Positions 36,358 to 48,358 of a DNA stretch of 64,000 nt are shown piece after piece. Numbering within the stretch: position 1 is the stretch's first letter; every line of letters begins with the position of its first letter. Location of the stretch: the NCBI RefSeq assembly GCF_006345805.1, contig NC_043016.1, positions 13,082,001 through 13,146,000 on the forward strand, read 5' to 3'. This DNA is from Octopus sinensis (Eukaryota). The notes under the pieces were generated by a model, which was not told the DNA's origin, searched no databases, and saw only the letters and a list, made by a program, of their open reading frames with translations. A program made the position numbers and the translations under genes.

Positions 36358-37329
36358 ACTTGTGGTGAATGCTTGTAACCCCTCTCCTTTTTGTTGCCAT
36401 TCAAAATTATATTGTTGAAAGGGAAGGTATTTTAGCAATGATAATAGGTTTTGAGCAAACCAAGTTTTTGAAGGGAATTCATGTAGTTCTTCAATGTTTT
36501 CACTTGTTACATGGTAAATATTACCTGGTTTTCCCTGTCTTTTATCGCTGGTTGGTTACCCCGAATTTCACTAAATTTGGAATTTCATATACACCTTTCT
36601 GTTTGAGACAGGAAACAATGAAATTATATTTAACAAGTAATTCGCTACTTTCCAGAATTTGCTTCTTCATAATTTTTTTAATATTTTACATTTTCATATA
36701 ACAGCTGCCAACTGTAAACACCTCTGTCTAGAGTTAGCAGCTGTTGAAAATTTTGTATAAATTAATTTTAAACAAGAAATTTTGTTTGCAAGTCAGTGAG
36801 TATCTGTTATTCATATTTACTAAGAATAATGTTGCTTGTCCTCTCTTGTGAAAATATTGATTTCTAACTTTGGTGCAAGGCCATACATTTTGAAGGGAAA
36901 GCATAAGAGGTTAACTTGTTACTCAGTATATTACTGGTACCTATTTTATTCTGCTCCACTTCCCAGTGTAGATGAAATGTATACAAGCTAGCTCTCTTTC
37001 ACTAAATGTCTGTTTTATTAGTAGCACGGTTATTTTATGTTAATTGTATCTTGGTTCTTACCTTCACAATTTCCAGTCTTTTGTTTTGCCTTTTATTCTT
37101 TGGAAGCAAACAAAAAATTATGTTGTTTTTCATAAGTTTATTGTGTTAAGTATTAGCAAGAACACTAGCTGATGGTTCTTCCCCAACTCCTACCAAAAAA
37201 TAAAAATAAATAAAAAACCAGTGAACGACTTAGATAAGAATTTGCTTTTATTTATTTAGAGTTAAAAAATAAAATAAGAAAAAGAAATATTTTACTCAAA
37301 ATATTGTCTTATGAAATCATACTCAAGGA

Positions 37330-37690
37330 CAATTGTCTGTGTGGTAAAAAGTTTACTTCTCAACCACATGATTCTCGGTTCAGTCCCATGGTGTGCCTGA
37401 GATCAGTCAAAGCCTTGTGAGTGGATTTGGTACATGGAAACTGTGTAGAAGCCTGTCATGTGTATATGTGTTACTGTCTCTTTGCTTTGACATTGCATGA
37501 TAGTTGTGAGTATCACATCACACAAGCAGTGTTCTTTACTTCCACCCTTCTATGAGGAAATATTACTATATCTGGAAACGGGTGAAGGTTGGTAACAGGA
37601 AGGGTATCTGGTTGCAGAAGATTTTACCCAGCAAATTCTGCCTAACCTATGCAAGCATGGAAAAGTGGACTTTAAGACAATGTGTCTAAA
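37330..37690 (+). mobile_element. SINE B2 (B head, RTE tail)
   Basis: B head to gaagcctgtc, then ggaaacgggtgaaggttggtaacaggaagg...gcaagcatggaaaagtggac; also 39755-40590 and 40845-41240. Confidence 0.75.
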
Positions 37691-37799
37691 GTGATGGTGC
37701 TCATCATGACCAATCTTTTCCTTCTGCTCTTTGTATCTTTATAGCTTTGAAGATCCACTTACTATGTCTCACATAGAGATTTCTTGTCTTTGAGGATAT

Positions 37800-38015
37800 T
37801 GGTTTCAGATTTTGGCACAAGGCCAGCAATATTTTGGTTGGGGGAAGTAAATCAGTTGCTTTGACACCAGTGCTCTATTAATACTTATTTTATCGACCCT
37901 AGAAGAATGAAAGGAAATTTGACCATGGCGGAATTTGAACTCAGAAAGTAAAGACAGCCAAAATTCTGCTAAGCATTTTGCCTGGTATCATAACAATTCT
38001 GCCAGTTCACTGCCT
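37800..38015 (-). mobile_element. SINE A2
   Basis: tttggcacaaggccagcaat...ggcggaatttgaactcag...ttctgccagttcactgcctt. Confidence 0.75.
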
Positions 38016-38735
38016 TCTGTCTTAGGAAATAATTGATGATGATTGTTTGCTATGACATCTGAAGAGTCATTGTTGATGACGATGTTATTCATGACATCTA
38101 CTGCCAGAGACTGATATCTGGAAGGTCACATAGTCACAGTATATGCCTGTCATGCTCTTCTCGGAAATCTACTATAAACCACTTGATTGCTATTCAATTG
38201 TCATCGTCATTTAACATCTGTTGTCCATGCTGGCATGGGTTGGACAGTTTAACCAGAGCTGGCAAACTGGGGCTGTGGCACCAGACTCCAGTCTGACTTG
38301 GCATAATTTCTACATCTGGATGCCCTTCCTAATGTCAACCACCTTACAGAGTGTGCTGGGTGCTTTTATTAAAGAAAAAGAAATCAAGCAACCAAGCACT
38401 TTGAATTCTTTTGAGCAATTTTATATTATTTTTCAATGTATAATCTGCTGATTAGGTTAAGATTCTGACTGATAAATCCTAGTTTCAAACTTTGCAGCAA
38501 GGTACTGCATTGTTTTGTCTTGATAATTTTACCTTCGTCTGATTACTTCAATTTACTTGAAAGATAAGTATGAATACAATTTCACATGTGAGCGATGAGT
38601 ATTATTAATCTCAGTCTCTAGTTATAAATGCTTGCACTGAACAAATATATAAATGCTTTTCTTTTAAGTCGAAATAACATGATAATTAAATCTCAATTAG
38701 TTTGTTATATATTCATTTGTCTTCGTTTCTTACAG

Positions 38736-39202
38736 CCACAAAACCTGGAAATTTAGCAGTGTACAATCTTCAAACTGATACATCACATAATCTAGAAAAA
38801 TATAAAAACGACCCAAAATACGCCTGTACATATATGGAGATTTCTCACAGAGATTTTGAACTGGAAAACAATAGCGCTTGTCGTGGAAGCCTTTCGTCGT
38901 CTATATCCAAAGATAGTCTAGTGTCCCATGATAGTCGAAAGGGATCGCTTGAAATTTCAAGTGACCATGGTAAGAAACAATCTTCATCGGAAAGAGAGTT
39001 ATCAGTGGAGAAAACAGAACCAGTCAATAAAGTTGCGGATGCCGGTGGAACAGCTTTTACCGTTGAAATTGGTGAACAAAAACCGAGGAAATGGAATAGT
39101 TTAAGTGAATTTATGCCATCCAAAATTCGGCGGAGTTTCCGAGAACGATCTGAACGGGCAATGAAACAGTCTACTAAAGATGGTACAGCACCAAAATTTG
39201 TG
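38736..39202 (+). CDS. CEP170: CEP170-like protein, coding exon, phase 1-0
   Basis: TTACAG acceptor (38734-38735), GTGAGT donor at 39203; open Ser-rich frame containing GGTAFTVEIGEQKPRK; in frame with the preceding exon (C+CC=Pro). Confidence 0.88.
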
Positions 39203-39784
39203 GTGAGTAGAAACTTTTTTTTGTTTTTTTGTATAATATAACATTTTAAACATGGATCAAGGCCAGGGTCTGCACCAGGTTCCATTGGCTTGGTTTCTAT
39301 AACTGGATTCCCTTCTCAACACCAACCACTTTGCAGAGTGTGCTGAGTGCTTTTTACATGGCACTATGGAGATATTGGATGCATTCAGTACATAATCATC
39401 ATCATCATTATAACCCTTTAACATCTGGTTTTCCATGCTGGCATGGGTTTGTAATCCCTTGGTTATATCCATTTCTTTGAAGAATACTAATAGTTATAAT
39501 AATTAGTAATAGTTTTTCTAATTTAGGAAAACAACCATCAGATTTTGTGGGGAGCAGGGTTAGTCAATTATGTCCACGCAGGTATTTGATTGTTACTTTT
39601 TGTCGGTCTCAAAAGAATGAATGGCAACTTTAAACTTTGCTTAGTGCTTGTTCCTATTGAAAACAAGTAAAAGCAGTGGCTGCGCATATATAACAGAATT
39701 GGAAAACTTTGATCAGAATTATCAAAACAATTAGTTGGCAAAAACAGCCTATAGGGGTGCAGACATGGCTATATGGTTGAGAAA

Positions 39785-40010
39785 ATTAAGGCGGCGAGCT
39801 GGCAGAAACGCCGGGCGAAATGCTTTGCGGTATTTCGTCTACCGCTACGTTCTGGGTTCAAATTCTGCCGAGGTCGACTTTGCCTTTCATCCTTTCGGGG
39901 TCAATTAAATAAGTACCAGTTACGTACTGGGGTCGATGTAATCGACTTACTCCGTTTGTCCTTGCTTGTCCCTTCTGTGTGTAGCCCCTTGTGGGTAGTA
40001 AAGAAATATA
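39785..40010 (+). mobile_element. SINE A1 inserted into the head of a SINE B2, 13-bp TSD
   Basis: TA(T/C)GGTTGAGAAA at 39772-39784 and 40011-40023. Confidence 0.88.
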
Positions 40011-40149
40011 TACGGTTGAGAAACATTCTTAGGAACCTCATGCATAGGAACCCAGTCTTGCTGCACAGATGCTGCAAGTTGGTGTCCCCAATTATAACTG
40101 CAGGTTGGCCAATACCTTGTAAATGAAACTGGCAGATTGAAACTTTACA

Positions 40150-40184
<35 letters not shown>

Positions 40185-41401
40185 ACGTTTTCCTGTGCAT
40201 AAATGAATAACAGTGTATTGTCACTCTTGACGTATCGGCACCGATTATCAACAAAAGCTTCACTGTTCATATAAACGGTTGTCATTTTGTTTGCAGTCCA
40301 CTGCAAAAGCATGTCCAGGCCTCTCGACATGTCTCGACATGTGTCTGCTGATTGGGAACAAAGACCTCACTGTTCCTGCGGTGTCGTTTGATTGCATTGC
40401 TGTGTGTGGAAGCTTATTCATTAATTGGTTTGATAGACGGTGGTGTGGTCGGGGGTAATTATTACCTTGCTTGGAAACGGATGAGGGTTGGTGTTTGCAA
40501 GAGCATCCAGTCATGGAAAATTCTGCCTCAACAGTTTCATCTGCCCCATGCAAGCATGGAATGGAAAAGTAGATGTTAGAATGATTATGATGTGTTAAAA
40601 ATCTGGAGAAGGAAAAAGAAAAACAAAGAAGGGAGATAAGTTTGGTTGAGCAACATTTTTGTATAATTCAGACAATGTTGATTTTGAGTAACTCTGGGTC
40701 TTTAAAGCCAACAGATTATATACGAGTAAAGATAAACTGTTTAGCTCACTCTGTTGACCTTGGTGACCTCTGCTTATAATTCCTTTCATTTTAAATGTTG
40801 TCAGAGGTAACTGAAAGTATCTTTTAATGCCTATGGCAAGTGCAGGCATGACCAAGCGGTCGAGAAAAATTATATCCCCAACCACATGGTTTCTGGTTGT
40901 CTTAATGTGTGGCACCTTGGACAGGTGTCTTTCTGGGCTGACCAAAGCCTTGTGAGTGAGTTTGGTAGACAGAAATTGAGAGAAGCCCATTGTGTGTGTG
41001 TGTGTGTGTGTTTCCTTCCCTTGACATTGTAGGGTAGTGTCACTGTCATACAAGCGTCATTCATTTCCAATATTTTGTGAAAATGTGTGGACATGCGGTG
41101 GGGTGGGGGATGTTACCTTGTTTGGAATCTGGTGAGAGTTGGCAAGATGAAGGGCCTCTGGCTGTAGAAAACTGTGCATCATTAAACTCCATCTGACCCA
41201 TGCAAGCATGGAAAAGTGGATGTTAAAACAGATGATGAGGACATCTGTTATGTGTGACTGAAGCCAACTTGAGATCCTTTACATGGCTACTCGATGTATT
41301 AGAAATAGGAACTAAATCTTCCTCAAATCACACACTGTCTTGAAAATGGAAGGAAATCACATTGGATTATGTAATTCTACGCACATCCTTATCATCATCG
41401 G

Positions 41402-41611
41402 GCTCGTGGGGTCGGCAATCCTGTTTTTTTTCTGCTTCATGCGTCCTTTTTGTGTTGTTTTGTCAAATGTGTAACATTCGATTTTCGATTTAATTGTAGT
41501 TTCATTGTATTTTTACCATCATTTAATGTTTTACATCATCGTTTTAACATGACCCCAATCATGTTGTACTGTCCCCCTCTATGTTGGCCCCTTGTGGGTA
41601 ATAAAGAAATT
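41402..41611 (+). mobile_element. 5'-truncated LINE 3' end with 18-bp TSD; shares its terminus with SINE A1
   Basis: CATCCTTATCATCATCGG at 41384-41401 and 41612-41629; ends GGCCCCTTGTGGGTAATAAAGAAAT. Confidence 0.85.
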
Positions 41612-42537
41612 CATCCTTATCATCATCGGTTAACATCTGCCTTCCATGCTGGTATGGGTTGAATGGTTTGACAGGAGCTGGCCAGGCAGAAGACTGCACC
41701 AGGCTTCTGTCTGTTTTAGCATGGTTTTTTTTTTTTTTATGACTGGATGCCCTTTCTAACACCAACCATTCTGCAGATTGGACTGAGTGCTTTTTACATG
41801 GCACCAGCACAGGTGAGGTGAATTTTGACATGGTTATTACAGCTGAATGTACTTCCAAATGCCAACCACTTTACAGTTTCGACTGGATGCTTTTTATGTG
41901 GCACCCTCACTGGCAGGATCACCAAGTCATTTGCAAGACTAGGAATTTTGAAAGGGGGGCATTGGAGGGAGTGATCTTGTGTCAGTAATCAAACAGATGA
42001 TGACAACTCGTCTACAAAGTTTAACACAAAATCCAAAGCATGACCATGAAGGATTCAGTAAAAACCAGAGATAATCAAATTCTGCCAGCCTGCAAATGCT
42101 TGCCACTCTCATTAGCTATTTCTTATGGTATCAAATATGATGCTTCTTAGTATTTACTCCAGCTTTTTGCATTCAGAGTTCTTGGGTGGTGGTTTAATTC
42201 AAACACCAAGTTTAACACCACGGTCTGGTCTTTGGATACCTTTAGCAGTGCTTTCTATGTTGGAAGTATTCAGGCCAGGTTTGAAGATAACTTCTACCAA
42301 TCCAACTTAATGGGCCCTGAGAAAATACTAAAGCAAGGCCCAGTCCTTCCCTTCTTCTTTACCAAAATAGTAAAATAATTATTTAAATTTTTGGCACAAG
42401 GTCAACAATTTTAAGGGAGAGATTTACATTGAATAAATCAACGCCATTGGCTCTACTGGAGCTTTTTTATCAATGCTAAAAGTAAGGCAAAGGCAGTTTT
42501 TTGTTTTTTGTGGAAATTGAACTTAGAATCTAGTGAG

Positions 42538-42637
42538 NNNNNNNNNNNNNNNNNNNNNNNNNNNNNNNNNNNNNNNNNNNNNNNNNNNNNNNNNNNNNNN
42601 NNNNNNNNNNNNNNNNNNNNNNNNNNNNNNNNNNNNN
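42538..42637. other. Assembly gap (100 N)
   Basis: Run of N; true size unknown. Confidence 1.
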
Positions 42638-42808
42638 GGGAAGTTTCATTACTCCACTTCAGCTTCACCTAACAAGTGGTCAGCTGTGTCGGCAGTGTGC
42701 CTCCATAACTTGCAGAGTATTTAAGTAGTTTTCTATTACATACCAATGTGTTTATGTGTACTAAAAGGTGAAAAGTAAAAATTCTTATTTGATGTTTATT
42801 TCAAACAG

Positions 42809-42926
42809 GAAGCTGATTCTCCCCCTGAACAAGCAAAAGATGGAGAAATTTTGGGTGAAAAGGGGAAAGCAAAAACACCTAAAGCTAGTCAATCCAGTGA
42901 AGGCGAAGAAGAAAATCATTCAAAAG
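42809..42926 (+). CDS. CEP170: CEP170-like protein, coding exon, phase 0-1
   Basis: AAACAG acceptor (42807-42808), donor GTTGGT at 42927; EADSPPEQAKDGE...EEENHSK; phases fit both neighbours. Confidence 0.72.
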
Positions 42927-43300
42927 GTTGGTTGTTTCTAATTAATGGTCTACCACAGAAATTTGATGTTTCCATATATTTCATATTTGTTATTTGTAAA
43001 AGGTTAACGCTAATTGAAAAGTATTTTCCTTTTTGTTTCTCCTATTTTTAATCTAAATTTCAATCCAGATTTAATGAATAGAATTGAATCCTTCAACATT
43101 TAAATTGGTCATATCTGGCCCCAAAATTTCTTCATGTTTTATGATCAAATCAGCCAATTCTGGCCTCTCACGCCTTACACTACAACGACATTTTAAAAAT
43201 AAGTAATCACCATGAAAATCTCTCAGCTACAAGATGATGCATGATTAATTGAAAATAATGAACATGAACATCGAAATAAATATCAGTGGAAATAGTAGTT

Positions 43301-43688
43301 GTGATACCTGTGCCGGTGGCACATAAAAAGCACCATCTGAACGTGGCCGATGCCAGTGCCGCCCCGACTGGCTTCTGTACCAGTGGCACATAAAAAGCAC
43401 CATCCGAACGTGGCCGTTGCCAGCGCTGCCTTGGCTGGCTTCTGTACCGGTGGCACGTTAAAAACTCCAACCAATCGTGGCCGATGCCGGACCCCCCTGG
43501 CACCTGTGCAGGTGGCATGTAAAAAGCACCCACTACACTCGTGGATGGTTGGCGTTAGGAAGGGCATCCAGCTGTAGAAACACTGCCAGATCAGACTGGA
43601 GCCTGGTGCAGCCCCTGGCTTCCCAGACCCCGGTCGAACCGTCCAACCCGTGCTAGCACGGAAAACGGACGTTAAACGATGATGATGA
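43301..43688 (+). mobile_element. Young RTE-LINE 3'UTR copy with tandem 67/67/62-bp units
   Basis: Unit starts GGCA at 43318, 43385, 43452, 43514; ends GCTAGCACGGAAAACGGACGTTAAACGATGATGATGA. Confidence 0.9.
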
Positions 43689-43724
43689 ATGGGACTAGAT
43701 AAGAATTATATTCAACAACTAATT

Positions 43725-44635
43725 ATCATTGTCATCGTTGTTGTTTAACAGCTGCTTTCCATGCTGGCATGGGTTGAACAGTTTGACTGAGAACCAGTGA
43801 GCTGGGTGGCTGCACCAGGTTCCAATCTGATTTGGCAAGGTGTCTACTGCTGGATGCCCTTCCTAACGTTAACCACTCCAAAAGTGTAGTAGGTGCTTTT
43901 TACATACCACCGGCATGGGTGCCAGTCAGGCAGCACTGGCATTGGCCACACTCAAATGGTACTTTTTATGTGCCAGTCAGGCGGCACTGGCATCGACCAC
44001 AACTGCAATTTCACTTGGTTCAACAGATCTTTACAAGTACTGCATATTGTCTGACGGTTGAAGGGTGCTTTTAAATGGGCCAGTAATGCGACACTGGTAC
44101 TGGCTGATCTGACTTGGCTTGCCAGGTCTTCTCAAGCATGGCATGTTTCCAAAGGTCTCGGTCGCTTATCATTGCCTCTGTGAGGCCCAACATTTGAAGG
44201 TCAGGCTTCACCACCTCATCTTTGGTCTTCCTTAGTTTACCTCTTCCACAGCTTCCTTCCACTGTTAGAGATTGGCACTTCCTCACACAGCTGTCCTTAT
44301 CCATATGTAACACATGACCATACCGGCACAGTTGTCTCTCTTGCAAACCACATCTGGTGCTGCTTATGTCTAACTTTTCTCTCAGGGTGCTTATACTCTG
44401 TCGTGTTTGCACACTGACATTACACATCCAGTGGAGCATACTAACTTCATTTTTTTCAAGCCTACACATGTTCTCAGCAATCACAGCCCACGTTTCACTG
44501 CTGTGTAGCATGGCTGTTTGCACACAGGCATCATACAGTCTGCCTTTCACTCTGAGTGAGAAGCCTTTTGTTACCAGCAGAGTTAGGAACTCTCTCTGAA
44601 CTTTGCCCAGCCCAATCTTATTCTAGTAGCTATGC
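43725..44635 (-). mobile_element. 5'-truncated RTE-clade LINE: RT C-terminal ORF plus 3'UTR
   Basis: RIRLGWAKFRE/TLLVTKGFSLRVKGRLYDACVQTAMLHSSETW...LCRYGHVLHM...GRGKLRKT..EVV..DL...DRDLWK, continuing into the common short-repeat tail. Confidence 0.92.
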
Positions 44636-45086
44636 TCTCAGATAAAAAAAAGAATTTTCCAGATGAAGGATGGCACTGTTTATTTTTTTCTTCCTTTTTG
44701 ATCATTAGCTGAAAGCAGAAGTGGTTGATTTAATCGGGTCTAATTCCTGATTGTATCATAATTTTGCTGTAATAAGAAAGAAAGCAAAAGTGTGAATTTA
44801 CTAACTCTTTGGCGTTCAGATTACTCTGTCAAATGCAACATATTCATATTGATTTGAATTAATCACTCATTATCTTGTAGCTTTGAGATTTTAATGATGA
44901 GGTTGCTTATGCCTTGAATGACATTGTAGATTAGGTGTGGGGTGGCAGATCTGGCCAGGTTTAACATCAATCAAACAGAAAATGTTGGGCCGGATATGGC
45001 CGGTTTAAATGCTATTGGGTGAATTTTAATTTTCTCTCTTTTATATTTTAATCTTTTTTTTTTATTTTATTTTTTTTTTATCAAAG

Positions 45087-45778
45087 AAGAAAGAAAGGTG
45101 ATGGAAAACAACAAAATTTCTCCGTCATCTTTTCAAACCTATAAGCCTGCGAGTCATCAGAATGACAATGAAGAGATTTCGCCACCAACATGTTCTGGTG
45201 CTGCATCATTCCTTATCAACAAGATGTTTCAAGGCAGTAATTGCCCAGCCAACGTCAATCCTGCATCGACATCTCCTCCTTCTGATTATTGCCTCATTCC
45301 TGGTAGCGGAGCTCCTGCGTCAACTGGGAAATTCTTTGACCCGTCAACAGAACAAGATCGCTACTATGATCAGAAAAATTTGAACGGAAACAAATACTGT
45401 GAGACGACAGATAAAACTTGTACAGACAGTTCTCCCGAAGCTCAAGATCTCGAAGCAATAGAAGACAAACTCAGCGAAGCCGGAACCTACACTATTGAAG
45501 GTGACCAAGAAGCTAAAGAGGAAGAAGAATTGGCCAGGAAAAGAATTGACAATGTGTTTGGTGTTGGCCAAAATATACAAAGACCTATAATAGTTGAATT
45601 AAAAAACTTAGAACAGGACTCTTCTACATTAGGAAAAGAATCTAGTGAAATGAATCATGTTGGAAAATTTTTAGAAGATTCAAAGTTTTATTTAAATAAC
45701 GGTAGTAATAATAATTGTTCTCCAGAAGCAGATGTAGATCAAATGGAAGATATAGAAAATTTAAAAGATATCTCGCCT
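45087..45778 (+). CDS. CEP170: CEP170-like protein, coding exon, phase 1-0
   Basis: Long T tract then AAG acceptor (alternative in-frame AAG 3 nt downstream), GTAAGT donor at 45779; contains KLSEAGTYTIEGDQEAKEEEELARKRIDNVFGV, resembling the CEP170-family SDAGTYTIE...EEARKMIDQVFGV motif. Confidence 0.92.
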
Positions 45779-46387
45779 GTAAGTATATATTTTTCTGGAT
45801 ATATTCAGTGATAATATTCTAATGGTAAATAGGGAGCTGGGGTGGACAGGAAGAATTGGTTGAGAATATGACTAACGGGTCTTGTCATTCTATGCTCATC
45901 ATCAACATTTAATGTTCATTTTCCTTGTTGGCATGGGTTGGCAGAGTTTAAAATTTTGTGATGGTTGAGTTTGCCTCCCCTATTTCTGCAATCAATAAAC
46001 TAAGTACTAAGTGAGCCACAGTTCTTACCATGTACACCTACACTCTCTCTCTCTTTTTCTCTCTTTCTCTCTTTCTCTCTTTTCTCTCTCTCTCTCTCTC
46101 TCAAATACCACTAAGCATTTTATCTAGCATGCTAACGATTCTGCCAGTTCACCATCTTAATAATAATAATAATATTATTATTATTAATAATAATAATAAT
46201 GAAATGCTTAGCTGCTGCTTTTTCTTCATGGGACAACATCTGTAGTGTGTTTTCTGTTTTGATATTATGCTGCTGTAATACTTCTGCTGTTCTTATGAAT
46301 TTGAACAATTATTTTCCTGATTTTCAAAGGTCAAATTTGTTACTTTTAGAATTTCTTTCATTAGATTTGACTTCTCTCTCTCTCTCA

Positions 46388-46431
<44 letters not shown>

Positions 46432-48282
46432 TAAATGTCAGGAGGCACAACTGCTGTGTGTGTGGTGTGTGTGTGTATATATTGTGTTTGTGTGTATTTA
46501 TTTATATACAGACTAACCCATTACTATTTTCATAAAATCTGTTTTTGGTTTATGAGGAATTTGTCAAATAAATACCCTTATGATACTTCCTAGTGGCTTC
46601 TGTCAGTCTGGATTGACCAGGTATATGCACCTGTGTTTAGGGTATATGGTATTTTGTATATCCAATCTAAAGCAGTGAGAACAAGGATGATGAAGTTGAT
46701 GGAATAGCAGCAGAGGACTGATTAATCAAAGATTCTAATTCCTGTCCTGACTTACTGTGTTGTTATCAGGGCCAGGAAGCTTAACCCTCAACAGTTTAGC
46801 TCTAAATGCACTTGCAGATACTGAGTGGATGGACAGAGAACAAACTGCCAACGACCAGGATCAACCAGTCCAGTTAGTGAACAACTGCTATCATCTGAGG
46901 TCCTGGTATGCACAGATGAGATGTTTCAGCTAGTGAAAGAGCAGTATGACTTAATATCCAGGGCCAGACATTCATGTTTCATTGCTTGATCAAAACGTGT
47001 GGCATGGAGGGGGTTACATTGGTCTGGGCAAATCACCTGACAGGGATAGATGGATGGGGTATAGCATTAATGTTCACTGCTCCAAGAAGTGGGAACACTT
47101 TTTAAGTGCTTCATTAGGTTGCAGTGTTGAGTTGAGTGGCTCTTGTAAATGGAGAAAAGCATCACCACCACCACCACCATCATTTTAATGTCCAATTTTC
47201 TATACCTGCATGAGTCAGGTGGAGTATATTACGGAAGATCTTTTTATACGAGATGCCCTTCCTGTTGCCAACTCCCACCTGTTTTTCCAAGCGAAGTAAT
47301 GGTTCCCTGTGGCCAGACATGCTTTCACAGAATACCAGAAACAAAAGACCAGCTAACACTTGATGTTGAGGAAGGAAAAACTAACACACACACACTCACA
47401 ATGGACTTCTTTCAATTTCTGTTGACTGAATCCATTCACAAAGCTTTGAGGGTCCCACAGTAGAAGATACTTGCCCTAGGTGCCACAAAGTGAGACTGAA
47501 CCTGAAACCATGTGGCTGGGAAGCAAACTTCATAACCGTACAGCCAAGCCTGGACCTAATTAGAACCTAATACAAAACCTTACTAGTATGTTCCTTCTCT
47601 TAGTCCTCAGTAGTGTTTCTAATGACATGATAATGCTTACAGTGAATGTCTACTTGTCCATTACAGAGTGGACAGGGGGATTTTTACAAGGCACCAGCAC
47701 TTGTGAGGTCGACAAGCAACTTGCAAGAGAAGATATCTTCAAAGACTGGGGTTCAGTATTGAGGGAGGTGGTTTTGTGCCGGGTGTTGAGTCTAAAATAG
47801 GGGTGAGGGGACAGGAAAAGGTGTCTTGCTGCAGAAGAGGTAACTATCCCCCAGGCAGGGAAGGAGGAAAGTATGTTGGAAATAAGATATTGGGGCACAT
47901 TAAGGTGCCCTTGTTCCTCCACTCTTGTTGTTTGACTTGGCTTAAAAGATCCACTGTGTGATGGTTTCCTCGTGGCATTCTAATTAAATGTTCCTAAACC
48001 AGAGCTGTGGCCTCTCAATGTGCAGAAGTAGTTTGTTCAACTGTGAGAGAGAGACCCTGATCTTTGAGCATTTGCTCCCTGTCGAAATATGTTACTCCAG
48101 GGATCCTTTGGAGGAAGAACCCCAGGCCGCTTGTGTTTGTGATTGTTGACTATCTATTATAATATGAAATTGTTTTTTTTTATTTTTTTATATAAGCTTC
48201 AAAACTTTCTTTGTTAATAATATATATTCAGTTCAGTTTGTCACGACATTATTATTTTTTTTGTCTGTTTTCTCCTTTGAAG

Positions 48283-48358
48283 GAATCAAATACATGTGAT
48301 ATAATTCCACAAAACTCAGAGAAGACATTGGCAGAATCTGAATTTAAACCACAATCTG
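48283..48358 (+). CDS. CEP170: CEP170-like protein, small coding exon, phase 0-1
   Basis: TTTTCTCCTTTGAAG acceptor, GTAAGT donor at 48359; ESNTCDIIPQNSEKTLAESEFKPQS; it is needed to join the phase-0 donor at 45778 to the phase-1 acceptor at 51319. Confidence 0.78.

Noticed and set aside
128-40010. tRNA-like heads (A/B-box-like) as tRNA genes
   Set aside because: No cloverleaf or acceptor stem closure; all continue into SINE bodies.
43318-43560. 62-67-bp repeats as a CRISPR-like array or ribozyme
   Set aside because: No unique spacers, eukaryotic context, and no CUGANGA/GAAA or HDV core on either strand.
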